The notes beneath the pieces were generated by a model. That model was given only the letters and a program-made list of their open reading frames with translations. It made no database searches and was not told the DNA's origin. A stretch of DNA of 64,000 bases from Camelus ferus. Lineage: Eukaryota. Below are positions 12,931-26,006 of this stretch, piece by piece (the stretch's first letter is position 1; each line of letters starts with the position of its first letter). Both the position numbers and the translations under genes were made by a program. The DNA lies in NCBI RefSeq assembly GCF_009834535.1, contig NC_045696.1, positions 41,046,001 to 41,110,000 on the forward strand. Reading direction: 5' to 3'.

Positions 12931-12970
<40 letters not shown>

Positions 12971-13005
12971 TCCTTTCTTTTTTTCTTTCTTTCTATCTCT
13001 TTCTC
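12829..13005. repeat. (TTTC)n/(TTCC)n/(TC)n polypyrimidine microsatellite
   Basis: Directly visible. It explains the spurious F/S/L-rich ORFs at 12708 and 12814. Confidence 0.95.
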
Positions 13006-13141
13006 CTCAAAATATTCAGTTACTTCTTATTGTTCATGGAATAAAGTTTAAACTTCTTAACCTGGCATTTAAGGTCCTTTATTATTTGGCTATAAAGACT
13101 CTCCTAGTTTTTTTTTTTTTTTTAAGAAAAAAAAATTTTAA

Positions 13142-13275
13142 GGGGAGGGTGTAGCTCAGTGGTAGAGTGCACGCTTAGCATGTGTGAGTTCCAGGGTTCA
13201 ATCCCCAGTACCCCCATTAAAATAAATAAATAAAATTAATTATTTCTCCCAAAATAAATAAAAATTAAAAGAAAA
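13142..13275 (+). mobile_element. Camelid tRNA-derived SINE (Vic-1-type)
   Basis: ggggagggtgtagctcagtggtagag (A box), gggttcaatcccc (B box), then a (TAAA)n tail and an A-rich end. Confidence 0.85.
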
Positions 13276-13294
13276 AGACAATATTTTTAAAAAA

Positions 13295-15750
13295 TCTGAA
13301 AAGTAGCAAACTAGGAATAGAGAGAGAACTTCCTCAATTTGATACAGAATATCTACACAAAACCTGCAGTTAACATTGTGCTTAATGGTGAAGAACTAAA
13401 TGCTTTCTCTCCAAGATTGGGAACAAGGCAAGGTTGTCCCTTTTCACCACTCCCATTCAAAACCATACTGGAAGTTCTAGGTAATGCAGCCATGTAAGGA
13501 AAGGAAATACAAAGCATACAGATTGGGAAGGAAGAAATAAAACTGTCTTTGTTAGCAGATGCTATGATTGTCTATGTAGAAAGTCCCAAAGAATGAACCA
13601 AAAAACTCCTGGAATTAGTAAGTGATTATAGTTGCAAGATATAAGGTTAATATATGGAAGCCAAGTGCTCTCCTATATATCAGCAATGAACAATTGGAGT
13701 TTGAAATTAAAAACGTAATACTGTTTGCATTAGCACCAAAAAGAGAAAAGAAAAGAAATATAAGTTTAAGAAAATATGTACAAGATTTAGATGAAGAAAA
13801 CTACAAACCTCTAATGAAAGAAATCAAAGAAGATCCACATAAATGGGGAGATATTCCATGCTTATGGATTGGACAAATCAACGTGGTTACCTTGTCAGTT
13901 CTTCCCCACTTGATCTGTAGATTCAATGAAATCCAAATAAAAATCCCAGCAATTTTTTGTGGATAGTGACAAACTGATTCTAAAGTTTACATGGAAAGGC
14001 AAAAGACCCAGAATAGCCAATAGAATATTGAAGAACAAAATCAGAGAACTGACACTACCTGACTTCAGGAATTACTGTAAAGCTACAGTTATCAAGACAG
14101 TGTAGTATTGGTGGAAAAAAAAAGATATAGATCACTGAAACAGAAAGGAAAGCCCATAAATAGCCTCACACCCATGTAGTCAACTGATCTTTGACAAAGA
14201 GGTAAAAGCAATTCTATATACAGAGAAGACAATCTTTTGAATAAATGGCACTAGAACAACTGTATATCCACAAGCAAAGACAAAACAAAACAAGAATCTA
14301 GACACAGTCCTATTTTTCACAAAAGTTAACTCAAAATGGATCAAGGACTTATATGTAAAAAACAAACTATAAAACTTCTGGAAGATAACATAAGAGAAAA
14401 TCAAGATGACCTTGGGTGTGATGAGTTTTTAGATATAGCATCAAGTACACGAGCCATGAAAGAAAAAAATGTGTTAGACTACATGATAATTAAACATTTC
14501 CAATCTGTGAAAGACACTTTGAAGAGAATGAAAAGATAAGCCACAGACTGGGAGAAAATATTTGTAATTCCTATGTCTGGTAAAGGACAGATATCCAAAA
14601 TATACAAAGAACGCTCAGGAGTCAATGATAGGAAACATACTGTACACCGAAATTGACACAACATTGTAAACTGACTATACTTCAATAAGAAAGAATGCAA
14701 ATTAAAAAAGAAAAAAAAAGTCAACAATAAGAAAACAAAAAACCCAATTTAAAAGTAAGCAAAAGATCTTAACAGACACTTCACCAAAGAAGATATGCAG
14801 ATAAATTATCTTATGTCTTCATGGGTCCGCAGATTAAAACAACAATGAGGTACTATCACATACCTATTAGAATGGCCAAAATCCAGAATACTGACAACAC
14901 CAAATGCTAGAGAGGATAAGGATCCAAAACACTGTCTCATTTGTTGCTGGAGGAGAGTGCCATATGGGACAGCCATTTTGGAAGAGAGTTTGGCAGCTTC
15001 TCACAAAACTAATTATACTCTTACCCTATGACTTAGGAATGTACTGTAGCTATTTATTCAAAAAAGTTGGGAACTGATGTCTATACAAAAACCTGCACAT
15101 GACTGTTTATAACACTGTGTAATATAATCACTCCAAATGGAAGCAACCAAGATGTCCTTCAATAGGTGAATGAATAAAAACCAAAATGAAACAATGATAC
15201 ATTCATACAATGGAATATTATTCTGCAATAAAAAGAAATGAATTATCAAGCTACAAAAAAAAATGGAGGAAATTTAAGTGCACATTGCTAAGTGAAAGGA
15301 TTCAATCTGAAAAGCCTACATACTGTGTAATTCCAGTTATATGACATTCTGGAAAAGGCAAAACTCTAGAAATAGTAGAAAGATCAGTAGTTGCCAGGGG
15401 CTCGGGGCAGGGAGGAAGGGATGAATAGGTGGGAGCAAAGGAGATTTTTGTGGCATATTCTGTATGACACTGTGGCAATGATGGATATATGACATTATGC
15501 ATTTGTCAAAACCCACAGAACTGTAAAACACAACAAGTGAACCCTAATGTAAATTATGGACTTTAGTTAATAACAATGTGTCATGATTGGTTCATCAGTT
15601 GTAACAAATGCACCACACTAATGCGAGATGTTAGTAATTAGGAAACTGTGAGGGTGGGAGAAAGAAAACACACAGAACTCTGGAATTCCTGCTCAATTTT
15701 CTGTAAGCCTAAAACTTCTCTAAAAAGTGATCTATTAATTTAAAAACATA
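13295..15750 (+). mobile_element. Old L1 (L1MC-like 3' end): degenerate ORF2 plus 3'UTR
   Basis: ORF2 peptides (YKPLMKEIKEDPHKWGDIPCLWIGQIN; KTIKLLEDNIRE) with stops and frameshifts. The 3'UTR gtgaaccctaatgtaaattatggactttag is L1MC1/2-like. Confidence 0.85.
14638..14718 (+). mobile_element. Very short young L1 3' end inserted in the old L1
   Basis: tgtacaccgaaattgacacaacattgtaaactgactatacttcaataa plus an A tail. Degenerate TSD at 14620-14637 and 14719-14737. Confidence 0.8.
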
Positions 15751-16650
15751 ATGAAAAGCACAAAAAGTAATATGGCAAACACTTGTGTTCCTACTATGCA
15801 GAACTGATGTTTTTGTATTATTTGCTTCAAGTTTTTCTTTCTTTTAAATAAAAGAAATAAAATATTTAGGTTAAGCCCTCCTTGGCTTCCCTCAGTTCTA
15901 GTCCCCTCCCCCTCCCCAAAGGAAACTACTATAACTAGTGCGTATCCTCACTTTTATATTTTTATATTCATAGATGTGCATGAGCAATGAGTTGTATTAT
16001 TTTTCAGGTGTTTAAAAACAATACATGAGTTGCATCAAACTATAACAGTGTTTTGCAACTTGCATTTTCCACTCAACCTAATGCTTTAAAAATCTATCCA
16101 TGTTGCTAAATATAGATCTAATGCTTTTATCTTAAAAAAGTCTTTTTAAACTGTAATATCATATTCTGTCATGTATATGTTACTTGATGTTATTTTTCTA
16201 TTTCTCTACTGATGGATATTCAGGTTATTTCTAATTTTATGTTACTGCTACCAGTGCAGCCATAAATTTTGTTTTTTTTTGGACATATGCTAGAGAACGT
16301 GTCTGTGAGTTTTTCCAGGGTACATAAAACAAATGGGATTGCTGGATTGTGACTGGCAATTCAGTTTACGCTTCTAGTAGTATACGAGTGTTCCTATTTC
16401 CTCAGTCTCCAATTCTTGATATAATAGATCTTTAAAATTTTGTCACTCTAATAGATGAAAAATACCTCTGCTTTAAATTTAGTTTTCTTTGATTTCTAGT
16501 GAAATTGAACATTTTTTTTCATATGATTACTGGACATTAAGGTTTTGCCTTGTGTTGAATTGTCTGTTCTTATTCTTCACTCATATTAGGAGGGGTGTCG
16601 GGGAGCAGGTTTTTTCCCTAATTGATTCCTAGTTAAAAATGACATTCTGG

Positions 16651-16789
16651 GAAGGGAAGATATAGCTCAGTGGTAGAGTGCATGCTTAGTATGCACAAGG
16701 TCATGGGTTTGATCCCCAGTACCTTCATTAAATAAATAATAAATAAATAAATAAGCCTAATTACCCCCCCAAAATCAAAAAAACTTTTA
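16651..16789 (+). mobile_element. Camelid Vic-1-type SINE
   Basis: A and B boxes plus (TAAA)n tail. Perfect 16-bp TSD aaaaatgacattctgg at 16635-16650 and 16790-16805, at a TT/AAAA L1-endonuclease site. Confidence 0.9.
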
Positions 16790-16889
16790 AAAAATGACAT
16801 TCTGGCTACTCAGCCTTCATCAGTTACATTTATTGCAAATATCTTCTCTGTCTTGTGTCTTTTACCTTTATTTATGGTACCTTGTGGTA

Positions 16890-17120
16890 GAGGTACTATA
16901 GAACCTGGGCTAGATACGAATCCTAGTTCCATTACTCATCACCTGTGTGGCCATGGACATCTTAGTTCCTCTCTAACCTTGCTCTCTATTTCTTCATCTG
17001 CAAAATTGGAGGGACAATAGTATCTACTTCAGAGGGTTCCTGTGAAGATTAAATGAATTAAAATGCAAAGCACTTACTTGAAAGGAGACTGGTAAACAGA
17101 AAGCAATCAATAAATGTGCT
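16890..17120 (+). mobile_element. MIR SINE (representative; other MIR remnants at ~4870, 6560, 19250, 23700, 25460, 35300, 40180, 61540, 63430)
   Basis: MIR core: aatcctagttcc...tttcttcatctgcaaaattgga...aatagtatctacttcagagggttcctgtgaagattaaatga...caataaatgt. Confidence 0.7.
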
Positions 17121-18857
17121 TTTGACATATAGAAGTTTCAAGTTTTTTGTTGCTATACAAAATAGATGTAATTTTTTTTTTTTGCTTTTATACATAATAG
17201 AATTTCATTTCCAAGTCACATAAAATAGTCATGAAAGTACAGTACTCAGGGATGGAACTGCAGATCCACAAAGTTGTCAGGAATAATCCTCTTCCAGGTT
17301 CACTGCTCCTTCTCTTCAATATGGGCCTTATCCTCATAATCTAAAATAGTTGCTAAAGCTCCAGCCATCAGAATCATGTTTCAGGCTGCAGGAAAGAAGG
17401 AAGGGCAGAAGTGTTTGTTCTTTTCAGTTAGCTTCATTGAAGTATAATTTACATGCTCTAAAGTTTATCCCAAAATTTTAAGTGTGTAATTTGATGAGTT
17501 TTGACAAATGTATACACTTGTGTAATTATCTTAGATGTAATACACATCTAAGTGCATGTTTAGTGTTATAAAAAGTTAAAAAGTGGTGCACTGCTTTCCA
17601 ATGGGGCTGCACATTTTGTGCTCCCACCTGCAGTGTATGAGGTCCAGTTGGTCCATATTCTTTCCAGTATGTGGTATCGTCAGTCTTTTAAAATTTAGCC
17701 ATTCTAGTGGATGTGTATTGGTATTTGTTACTTTAATTAGCATTTCCTAAATGGCTAATGATATTAAACAGCTTTTCCTGTGCTTCTTTACTAATCATAT
17801 ATGAAAGTTTTAATTTTTGACATCACATTTATCTGTCCTTTCATTATTTTGGGTTTTTTTTTGTTGTTGTTTTTTTTTTTTTTTTTTGTATCTTGTTTTA
17901 AAAAGTCCTCTCCTATCCTAGGCTCAAAAACATATTTTGGAATATTTTCTTCTAAAAAGTTTTAAAAATTGATTTTTCACAATTAGCTCTTTAATCCACC
18001 TGGAATTTATTTTTGAATCTTGTGTGAAGTAGGGACCTAGTTTAATTTTTATCTGTAACTAGGGATTCATCTGTGGAAAAAAAAAACAGAAAAGAAAAAA
18101 GCAAAACCATTAACCTTCCTGCTGATTGGTATCTTGTACTGTCATTTCTGCCACTTATCCACTTCTCTTATGTTCAGCTGTATTTTCTGTTATCTCTTAC
18201 TTCTATGGTAGGAGTGACTTCAACATCTCCTGTATGCTTATACCACCGTGAGTTTATTCTGTCTTCCTTATTTCTGAAGTGCACTTTCCTTTTAGCTCCA
18301 CCTTTCAAAATTCCACTCATTCTTCATGGTCTAGCTCAAGTGGCCCTTACAGTCTTTCAGGAGCCTGTCATATGCCTCTCTCCTCCCCTGAATTAAAGGA
18401 GAGGCCTCAGCACACCTCGTACTTTACTATAAGTCTTAGCTCATCTCTGGTGCTACAATCATAGGTGTTTGTCTTCTTTAGCCTGACACACTGTAAGCCC
18501 TATGTGTTGCTGTGATTGACAGAATAATGTTTCCACTCCCATGTACTAGTTCCTGGAACTTGTGATTACCTTACATGGCAGAAGGTTTTGCCTAGGTGAT
18601 TAAATCAACGACCTTGAGTTGGAGAGATTGTCCTGGCAGTCCGAGTCTAATCATGTGTGTCCTTAAAATCGAGCAACATTTACCAGCTGAGTTAAAGCAG
18701 CAATAGAAAATGGATACACTTGCTCACCACAGAGTCCTCTATAATTTGAAGAGATCCTTAGGTTAATGTGAAGTCCTCAATCTTTGTTCATCAACCTGAA
18801 TTGTGAAGCAACATGAAGCCTGGAACTGTAGAATGACTTCTTTAGGTTCTTACCACA

Positions 18858-18974
18858 GGGGTGGGGAGGTAACTAGCTTTATTTGCTTATTTATTTTTAT
18901 TGGAGGTACTGGATTGAACCCAAGACCTCATGCATGCGAGGCATGCACTCTACCACTGAGCTATACCCTGCCCC
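18858..18974 (-). mobile_element. Camelid Vic-1-type SINE
   Basis: The reverse complement reads ggggcagggtatagctcagtggtagagtgcatgcc...gggttcaatccagtacctccaataaaaataaataa. Confidence 0.85.
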
Positions 18975-21900
18975 AATTGCATCTAGACCTTTGTCACATT
19001 AAGTCTTTGCAGACTACTCAGCCTGGCTTTTCTTTTTGTTGGCAGCTCTGTGCATTCTGACATTGACTACAGTAGTGATAAATAAGTACTCAGGCTACGT
19101 GCAGAGCTTCACCTCATTTACGTGAGCTGACAGCTCAGTGGCAGAGTCCCAGAGAGAGAAGCCCTTTCCCGACAGTTTGACCTGCTCAGCGGTGCTTGAT
19201 GAAGACTGTTTGATGAGGCTATTCACCAACCTTATCCCAGGGAAAATCAGTATGGGATTTGGAATCAGACATGTAAGGAACTTGGAATCCTAGCTTTGTT
19301 CTTTACTGTGACTTTTAGAGTAGGTTAGTAAATCTCTTGGAGTCTCAGTTTCCTCATACCTATGGTGGAAATTATACTCCCTCAAGTTGTCTTACAGAAT
19401 GAATAAGGAGATACATGAGAAGTTATTAGCACATAGTAGGTGTTCAGTGAGTGCTGGCTTCCTATCCATCTCAGGTGCAACACCAGTAACAGAAACAATA
19501 CAGCCTTCTGTTTATTTTGAAGAGTTGGCTGGAGGCAGGTAATGCAACACGACATTTGTTCTTACTTTCTATTTGTTGGTTTTGTGTTTCAAGACATAGG
19601 ACTTTGGATTGCCTTACCCTGTCTCATATTTTCAGGTTTAGAGTTCTGTTTGTCATTCTGGGTTATTGGTTAAGAATAGCCCATGTGACATGGATGGCTT
19701 TTGTTAATCAAAAATTGAGAGGAGTATGGAAATAAGAGCCAGGGGTATAGAAGAGATCAAAATAAAATAAAATAATATTTTAATAATACCTGATCAAAAG
19801 AATAAAATAAATAGAATGGCAGCACTCTGGGATGGTTATTATTTCCTGACAGAGCCAGATCATCCTTCTGGCCTTGAGAGCTGCTGTTGGACCACCCATG
19901 TTTGCTCAATATGAAGCCTGATGTGAGCAAACACATCAGGCTTATGACATTGATAGGAGACAAATAGCCTCTGGGGTATGGTGATGGGGAGGCCATCTTT
20001 AAATCTTAGTGTCTTAGCGCCACTTTGCTTGTCTTCACATACTCTAAGCCTTTGGTTCTCAATACTCAAGAATACACAAAAATCAACTGGTGAGTGCTAG
20101 TTAAAAATGCAGACTTCTGCACCTCTTGCTGCTGATGGATTCTGTAGATCTGAAGCGGAGCCCAGGAATCTGCATTTAATTGGCCACTATAGCTATTTCT
20201 GATCCTGGTTGCCATCCAGGTCAGTGTTTCAGGGAGGTGGGGTCCCAGGCAGGAGCTCATCATTTATCAGCTATTTACTGAGTGCTAACTAGGTGTGAAG
20301 CCTTATAGGGGACATGGCCCTTGCTCACTAAGAGTTTATTTACATTGAGAGGGGGAAATAAGACTTGTATACAGACAGGATAACAGCTGCTGGCTCTCCA
20401 GATTAGAGTCAGACTGTTGCTTTTTCCTTGTTTGCATTTCACTTTGTGCAAGCCTCACTTTGGTTTCGAATGATTTATTCCAACTTTTGTATTCACTCAT
20501 CTCTCCATCAGATTGTATATTCCTTGAGCACATGTGAGCTTCATTGTTGACCTACAGCAGTTTTGTTCCATCATCTTTTCTTATTCCTATAACTTTGATT
20601 TTGGCCATGACTCCAACCTTAGCACCGGTGGCAGTCTCTTCCTTGAGGGACTGTTTTAGAAAATGGTTTGTCTTTGTAGGACTTATTGGTCATACTTTAT
20701 GATGTTACTGCTGCCATAACCAATTCCCTTTGTCATCTGTCCATCTTGATGGCCTGGAAGAGATAGAGCAAAGATCAGATATGCTCCATTGTCTTTGGTT
20801 CTCACAGCACATGGGACATGTCTGTGGCGATGTGGGTTGGGTGTCAAGGTGAATCTCATTGAGAAATATGCTATGGCACAACATTTGGACAGGTAAGTAG
20901 GATATTCAAAGGGTGTGGTCCTTAGATCTACAAATATTCAGGCTTGTGACATATTCTGAAGGCTTATCTGCTCACCTTCATGCTGGGAAGACATGAACAT
21001 GTTGATTTAGTCTCTAAGAAGGAAGACTGGGCAGTTTTAAATTTAGACCAATCAGTATCTGCTTTTCCTTCTTTAGATCAGAACCATTGTAAATTCTTGG
21101 GAGAAAAGAATTGAGAAGTTGGACTTGACATTGAGGAAAGTGTGAAGGTAAGGATAATTTAACTAAGAAATGTCTTTCAAAACAGTTTAAATTTGGCAGA
21201 GTACTGGTATGGAGTGATGGAAAATCAAAAGTAATTTAAAGCCACATATGCTTGTATACACTTTGCTTTGAGAATTAATGTAAATAGTAAAGTGAAGCCC
21301 AGGAAATAGTTCAAATTGGTTTAATGATTAGAATATACAAATGACTTGAAATATGAGTCACTAATTAAGAGTTAGGAATATTTTATTTTGGTGGTGGCTC
21401 AAGATGAATTTTTAGTTTAAATTTTTCTGCATGGTATTCATTTTATAGTGAAGTGAAGTGTTTGGTTGAGGATTGCACCAAGAAAATTATAGAATCTCTT
21501 TGGGCTATTTTGAGTTCTCTCCTCTTTCTGTGCACAGACCTGGTCTGTAGTTTAAGTGGCTTTGGTTAATAGGAATTAACACCTAACACCTGATTTAGAT
21601 CTTGAGCTTTGCCCAATATTATCCTTAAGTGCTAGAGTTTAAAATGTTTTGGGTGGTGAGTGAGTATGTGTGTATGGCAGGGGGTGGTCAGCAAAGAGGA
21701 GCCAATGAGGGTGTCAGAAGTTGTTTCTTGTCTTAGCACTGGGGGTGGTGATATTTGGCATCATTAGGAGCAGAGGGGTTTTTTGGATGGGGAGGAGTAT
21801 AAATTTGTAGGATGAATGGCAGCTGGACGCCAGTAGATTGAATCTTGAAGCCCATCATTTTAGGTCTGCCTGAACACTTTCCCCACGAGATTACCAAAGT

Positions 21901-24900
21901 GATGAGATTGAGCAGGGAGGGGATGTTGAGGGAGGACCTTTCAGTTCGCTATCCTGGTGATTTTCCCTCGGGTTCCTGCTGGCTGTTTGTCAGATATGTT
22001 CTGCTCTGTGGTAGGGGAAAGCCCTGTGTTCTCCTTCCAAGTGCAATGTGTCTGCTTTTTGGATTGAGATCTAATTAAATTCTGGACTACTTGGTGTTTA
22101 CAAGCAGTGAGTTGCTCCTGCAGGAAATAGTAAATCAGGGAACAAAAGATGGATAGAAAATGGTATTCTAGGAGTTAAGAATGAAGTGACCTTTGAGAAT
22201 CTGAGGGATTGTTTTTTTCTTTCCAATGAAAGTGAAATAAAGAGAATGTCATTTTTATTGCCAGAAGCAACTGGGTCTATTGGGTCCAGCCAGGCAAATA
22301 TAGCAAAGCTGCTTTGACTTCATTTTTTTTTTGCATCTTTTAAACAGAGAAAGATTGGAAACATCAGATTGCTGCAGATTAAAAGGCAAAAGATACAGAA
22401 GTTCTATAACTGATGGAGGAACAAGGAGTCATTTCTTTCCCCACTCTGATCATCTCAAAATCTTTCAACTATTCCCCATTGCTTGCTATCACATCCTAAT
22501 GGCTGTGCTGAAATATATTGTTCCATTCTGCCCTTGGGGTAGCAGGAACCTGTTAGCTGGTCATTAATGTGGGTCAGGAGGATTATTTGACCTAGAGATA
22601 CACATTCAGAGATTTTCATGTTATCTCCAATGTAGGCAATATGTTTTATATGTGTGTTCAAAGTATTTATTAGGAAAGTCTAAACATTTAATAGCAACTA
22701 CAGTTTTGTAACTCAGTTTTGGAATTTTCATCCTTTTTTCATATATTAGGAGCCTCAAAAAACAAAACAAAACAAAACAAAGCAAAACAAAACAAAACAA
22801 AACCCCGATGGCCCAGGCCCCTAATCTCTGAGAGGCCCCAGCTGCCTGCGACATAGGCTCTCACAATACAGTAATGGACATAGAGGCCAAAGGAGAAGGC
22901 AGACTTCTAGTGACTAGATCACACAGAGAATTCATTAAAGTGAGAACTGGGTACCTTGAGAAGGTATAAGATGGGCCATCTCCTGCCTGGGCCATGAGGG
23001 AGGATTTCCCCGGGCAGATAAAACTGAAGAGGCTAGGGGAAGTCAGCCAAGTTTGGGGCAGGAGAAGGTTGACATAAGCAGCAGAAGCAGTAGGTCTTAA
23101 TAACCAATTAGTTTTTAGGGACACAGGTGGACTCTAGGATGGTTGTCATATTTTGAGTTTGGACGAGTGGGTGAATGGTGAGTGGGTTACCAAGATAGGT
23201 AAGTAGGGGAGAAACTGTTTTCTGGTAATGGGTCGGGGAGGGGTAGGATGATTAATTCAATTTTCTGGTATGTTGAGTAAGCGTGGCCTTTGAAACATCA
23301 GAGTAGAGATGTTGTATAAATATGTGATCCTGTAGTATAAGGAGGGCTTAGTTACTCTTGTTAACTTAGAGCTTCACAGTGTATAAGGCACTATCCAGGT
23401 TCAGGGGGAATAGAAGAATAGATTCATGGTCTCTGCTTTCAAGGAGCTTATTCTCTAATTGTAGTCAAGGAGTTAAATAACCACAGAAGATTCTAGTAAC
23501 CCTCCAATACAAGAGTGGAGGAGAAATGTTACAGGCAGCCCTTGAATGATTGTTAAGTGAATTGTGTAAGTGCTTCTTGCTTTTCTGCAGTTGGTAACCA
23601 AGTAGAATTGCTCATCTGGTTTTACTTTCATAGTTTGAGATGGGTTGAGGATAACATGAGTTTGTTTCATAGTACAGGGGGTTATTTGCTTTGGAATAAC
23701 TCATCTTAATTTTATGTGGTAGAAAATTTATTTGTCTTATTTTACAGAGGTGGAAACTGAGGCACTGAGAGGTTAAATAACTTGCTCAAAGTCATGTAGC
23801 AGGTTAATGGTAAAGTTGGGATTCTGATCTAATCAGTTGGAATCCAAAGTCCTCTTTCCTCAGTTTTTTCAAAATCCTGTTCTCTTTACTAAATGTATCC
23901 CCTATCATTTAAGTTATTTGAAAGATTTATTTTTAGTGGCTGCAAAATTTAATCATTCTCCTAATTTTAGACATATACATTGTTTCTGATTTGGCACCTG
24001 TATTTCTGGTTATATCTTTAGGATAAATTCTTGGAAGTGGATTTCCTGTACCAAAGAATATAAAATCCTTCAGGCTCCTTAAGAACACATCTTTTCCCAG
24101 AAAAAATTCTTTTCCAGGAAAGTTCAAACAATTTACAGTCTAGATGTGCTTTTCAATCCCACGTAGGAGTATTTTTCAACCAGTGGTTGCCTAAGCCAAG
24201 ACAAATAAGAGGACTGAGTAACACTATGATAAAGATGGTGGTCAGGGTAGTGAATTACAGATGCTGTTAGGAGCAGGAAAGAACTCCAGGTGTCATCTAG
24301 GCCACTCCCTTTTGTTAATTAAGAGCCAAGGCTCAGAGAGGTTAAGGGACATGGTTCAAACCATACCACTAATTAGTGTCAGAGTAGATGCTGCATTTAG
24401 CACTATGTAATAAGTTAGTCAGAGTCTCTTGGATGGTTTGGATGGTTCAGGTGTGTGCTGAAGTGTCCATTTGGAGTCTCAACTGCAGATTTAAGACACT
24501 CTGAGTCAGCTTCATAGTTCCTCCTTGAAACTTCACAGTTGTGACAAAGGGATGTGGAATTAATCCAAGGGGGTCTGCCTGGTACTGAGAAGTCCAGTAC
24601 CCACCCAAGGATATAAAGAACTCTTCTGGGCCAGGGTGTATCCTGAAATCCCCTTGCATGAGTTCTCCTGCATCTGGCCTACTGTTAGATACATAGGGAT
24701 GATTCTGAACTCTCTCTTTGTTATTCTGTAGGTGGTGTAATATGTTTGAACAAAGAGATGCTCACATAATTCAAGACTGGTTTTCTATAGCACTGACCAA
24801 AAAAAGGAGGATATTTCTGTTTCTTATTGCTCTATCATGTAGCAATGGTGTAAACAGAATTTATAATTTGATTTGTCTTGGTATCCACCTGGAAAGGATG

Positions 24901-25816
24901 GGTTAGGCTGTTAAACCTCAACATTTCAGTGACTTAATACAATAAAGGGTTGTTTTTTGTAAAAATTAGATGCAGGCTGGTTGACTATCTTCTATGCTGC
25001 AGATATGCCGTGCCAAGTTTGTTAAGGCAGGGAAAAGAGAGTGAAGGGGGTCATGTAGGCTCTTAACAGACTTAGCCTGGAAGTGACAAATGCCATGGTC
25101 CATTGGCCAGAACTAGAAACATGGTTCTGATTCAGATGGAGAAGAGGCTGGGGAAGTGTGTGGACGAATACACAGGTATTTGATGTGCACTAATGGTCTC
25201 TTCCACACACATGATGCTTGATACTTTGAGGTTACCTACTTTACTTAATTTTTTATTTAAAATTTTTTTTAACATTTTTTATTAAGAGATTACCTACTTT
25301 AAAAAATTGCGGGCAATTTTCTATCATTTCAAGTTTTAAACATAAAGGTAGAACTTTTCTAGTACTTTCAAACATGCTTAAAGTGTAACTGTTGGTTGAG
25401 TACATACTGTGATTTTAAGAAATCTTTTGAGATCCCTGTTAAAAGAATGAAACTTTTTTTCTTAATAGTTGTGAGATTCAGGCAAGTCATTTACCTTCTC
25501 TAAACCTATATCCCTATTGAAAGTGTGATTTAACCTCTCATTCATGGCTATGTTGTGAAAATTAGGTTAGAGATCGCATGTAAAACATTTGCCACAATGC
25601 CTAGACAAAAGTCAGAGCTGGACAGATGTGAATTTTTCTTCTTGTTGGCACTGCTGATATTGTAGTGGATCTCCTGCTGTCGATATGGGGTCCTCTGAAT
25701 CAGTGGTGTATCCATAATCACCAGAAGACAACGTGCTTTATAGGAATAAGCAATGTTTTGGCAAAGTGCTAGAAATGGAATGTCTTTATCTTCTATGTGT
25801 TCTTGTTTTGGTAGTC

Positions 25817-26006
25817 ATGGGGAGTTTCAAAGGCCATGCTGTCCCTGGCACCTTCTTCTGTCTCATTGGTATTTGGTGGACTGTACGATGCATTCTGAAA
25901 TACACTTTCAAAAAGCACAAGAGGACTTCCTTCCTGGATTCCAAAGCATTATTCCATCGAATAGAAATTTTGGAGGGGATCATAATAGTTGGAATGGCTC
26001 TAACTG
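25817..26006 (+). CDS. TMEM45A: TMEM45A-family gene, first coding exon (MGSFKGHAVPGTFF...GMALT-G)
   Basis: Acceptor tag at 25812-25814, ATG at 25817 (gtcATGg), donor G|gtaagt at 26006/26007. 190 coding nt, phase 1. The peptide matches the TMEM45A N-terminus as I recall it (MGNFRGHALPGTFF). Confidence 0.95.

Noticed and set aside
12708..13154. 148-aa and 76-aa hydrophobic ORFs
   Set aside because: They are translations of the (TTTC)n microsatellite. The same applies to the K/E/R-rich and Y/I-rich ORFs at 5664, 6125, 28745, 38666 and 56849.
13142..13215. tRNA-like sequences (also at 16651, 18900, 45470) as tRNA genes
   Set aside because: They have A and B boxes but carry (TAAA)n tails, TSDs and mutations that break the cloverleaf. 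These are tRNA-derived SINEs.
25733..25816. Upstream in-frame extension of the TMEM45A first coding exon in the ORF track (includes ATG 25775)
   Set aside because: It lies in the polypyrimidine tract and acceptor region of the intron. The family N-terminus begins at ATG 25817.
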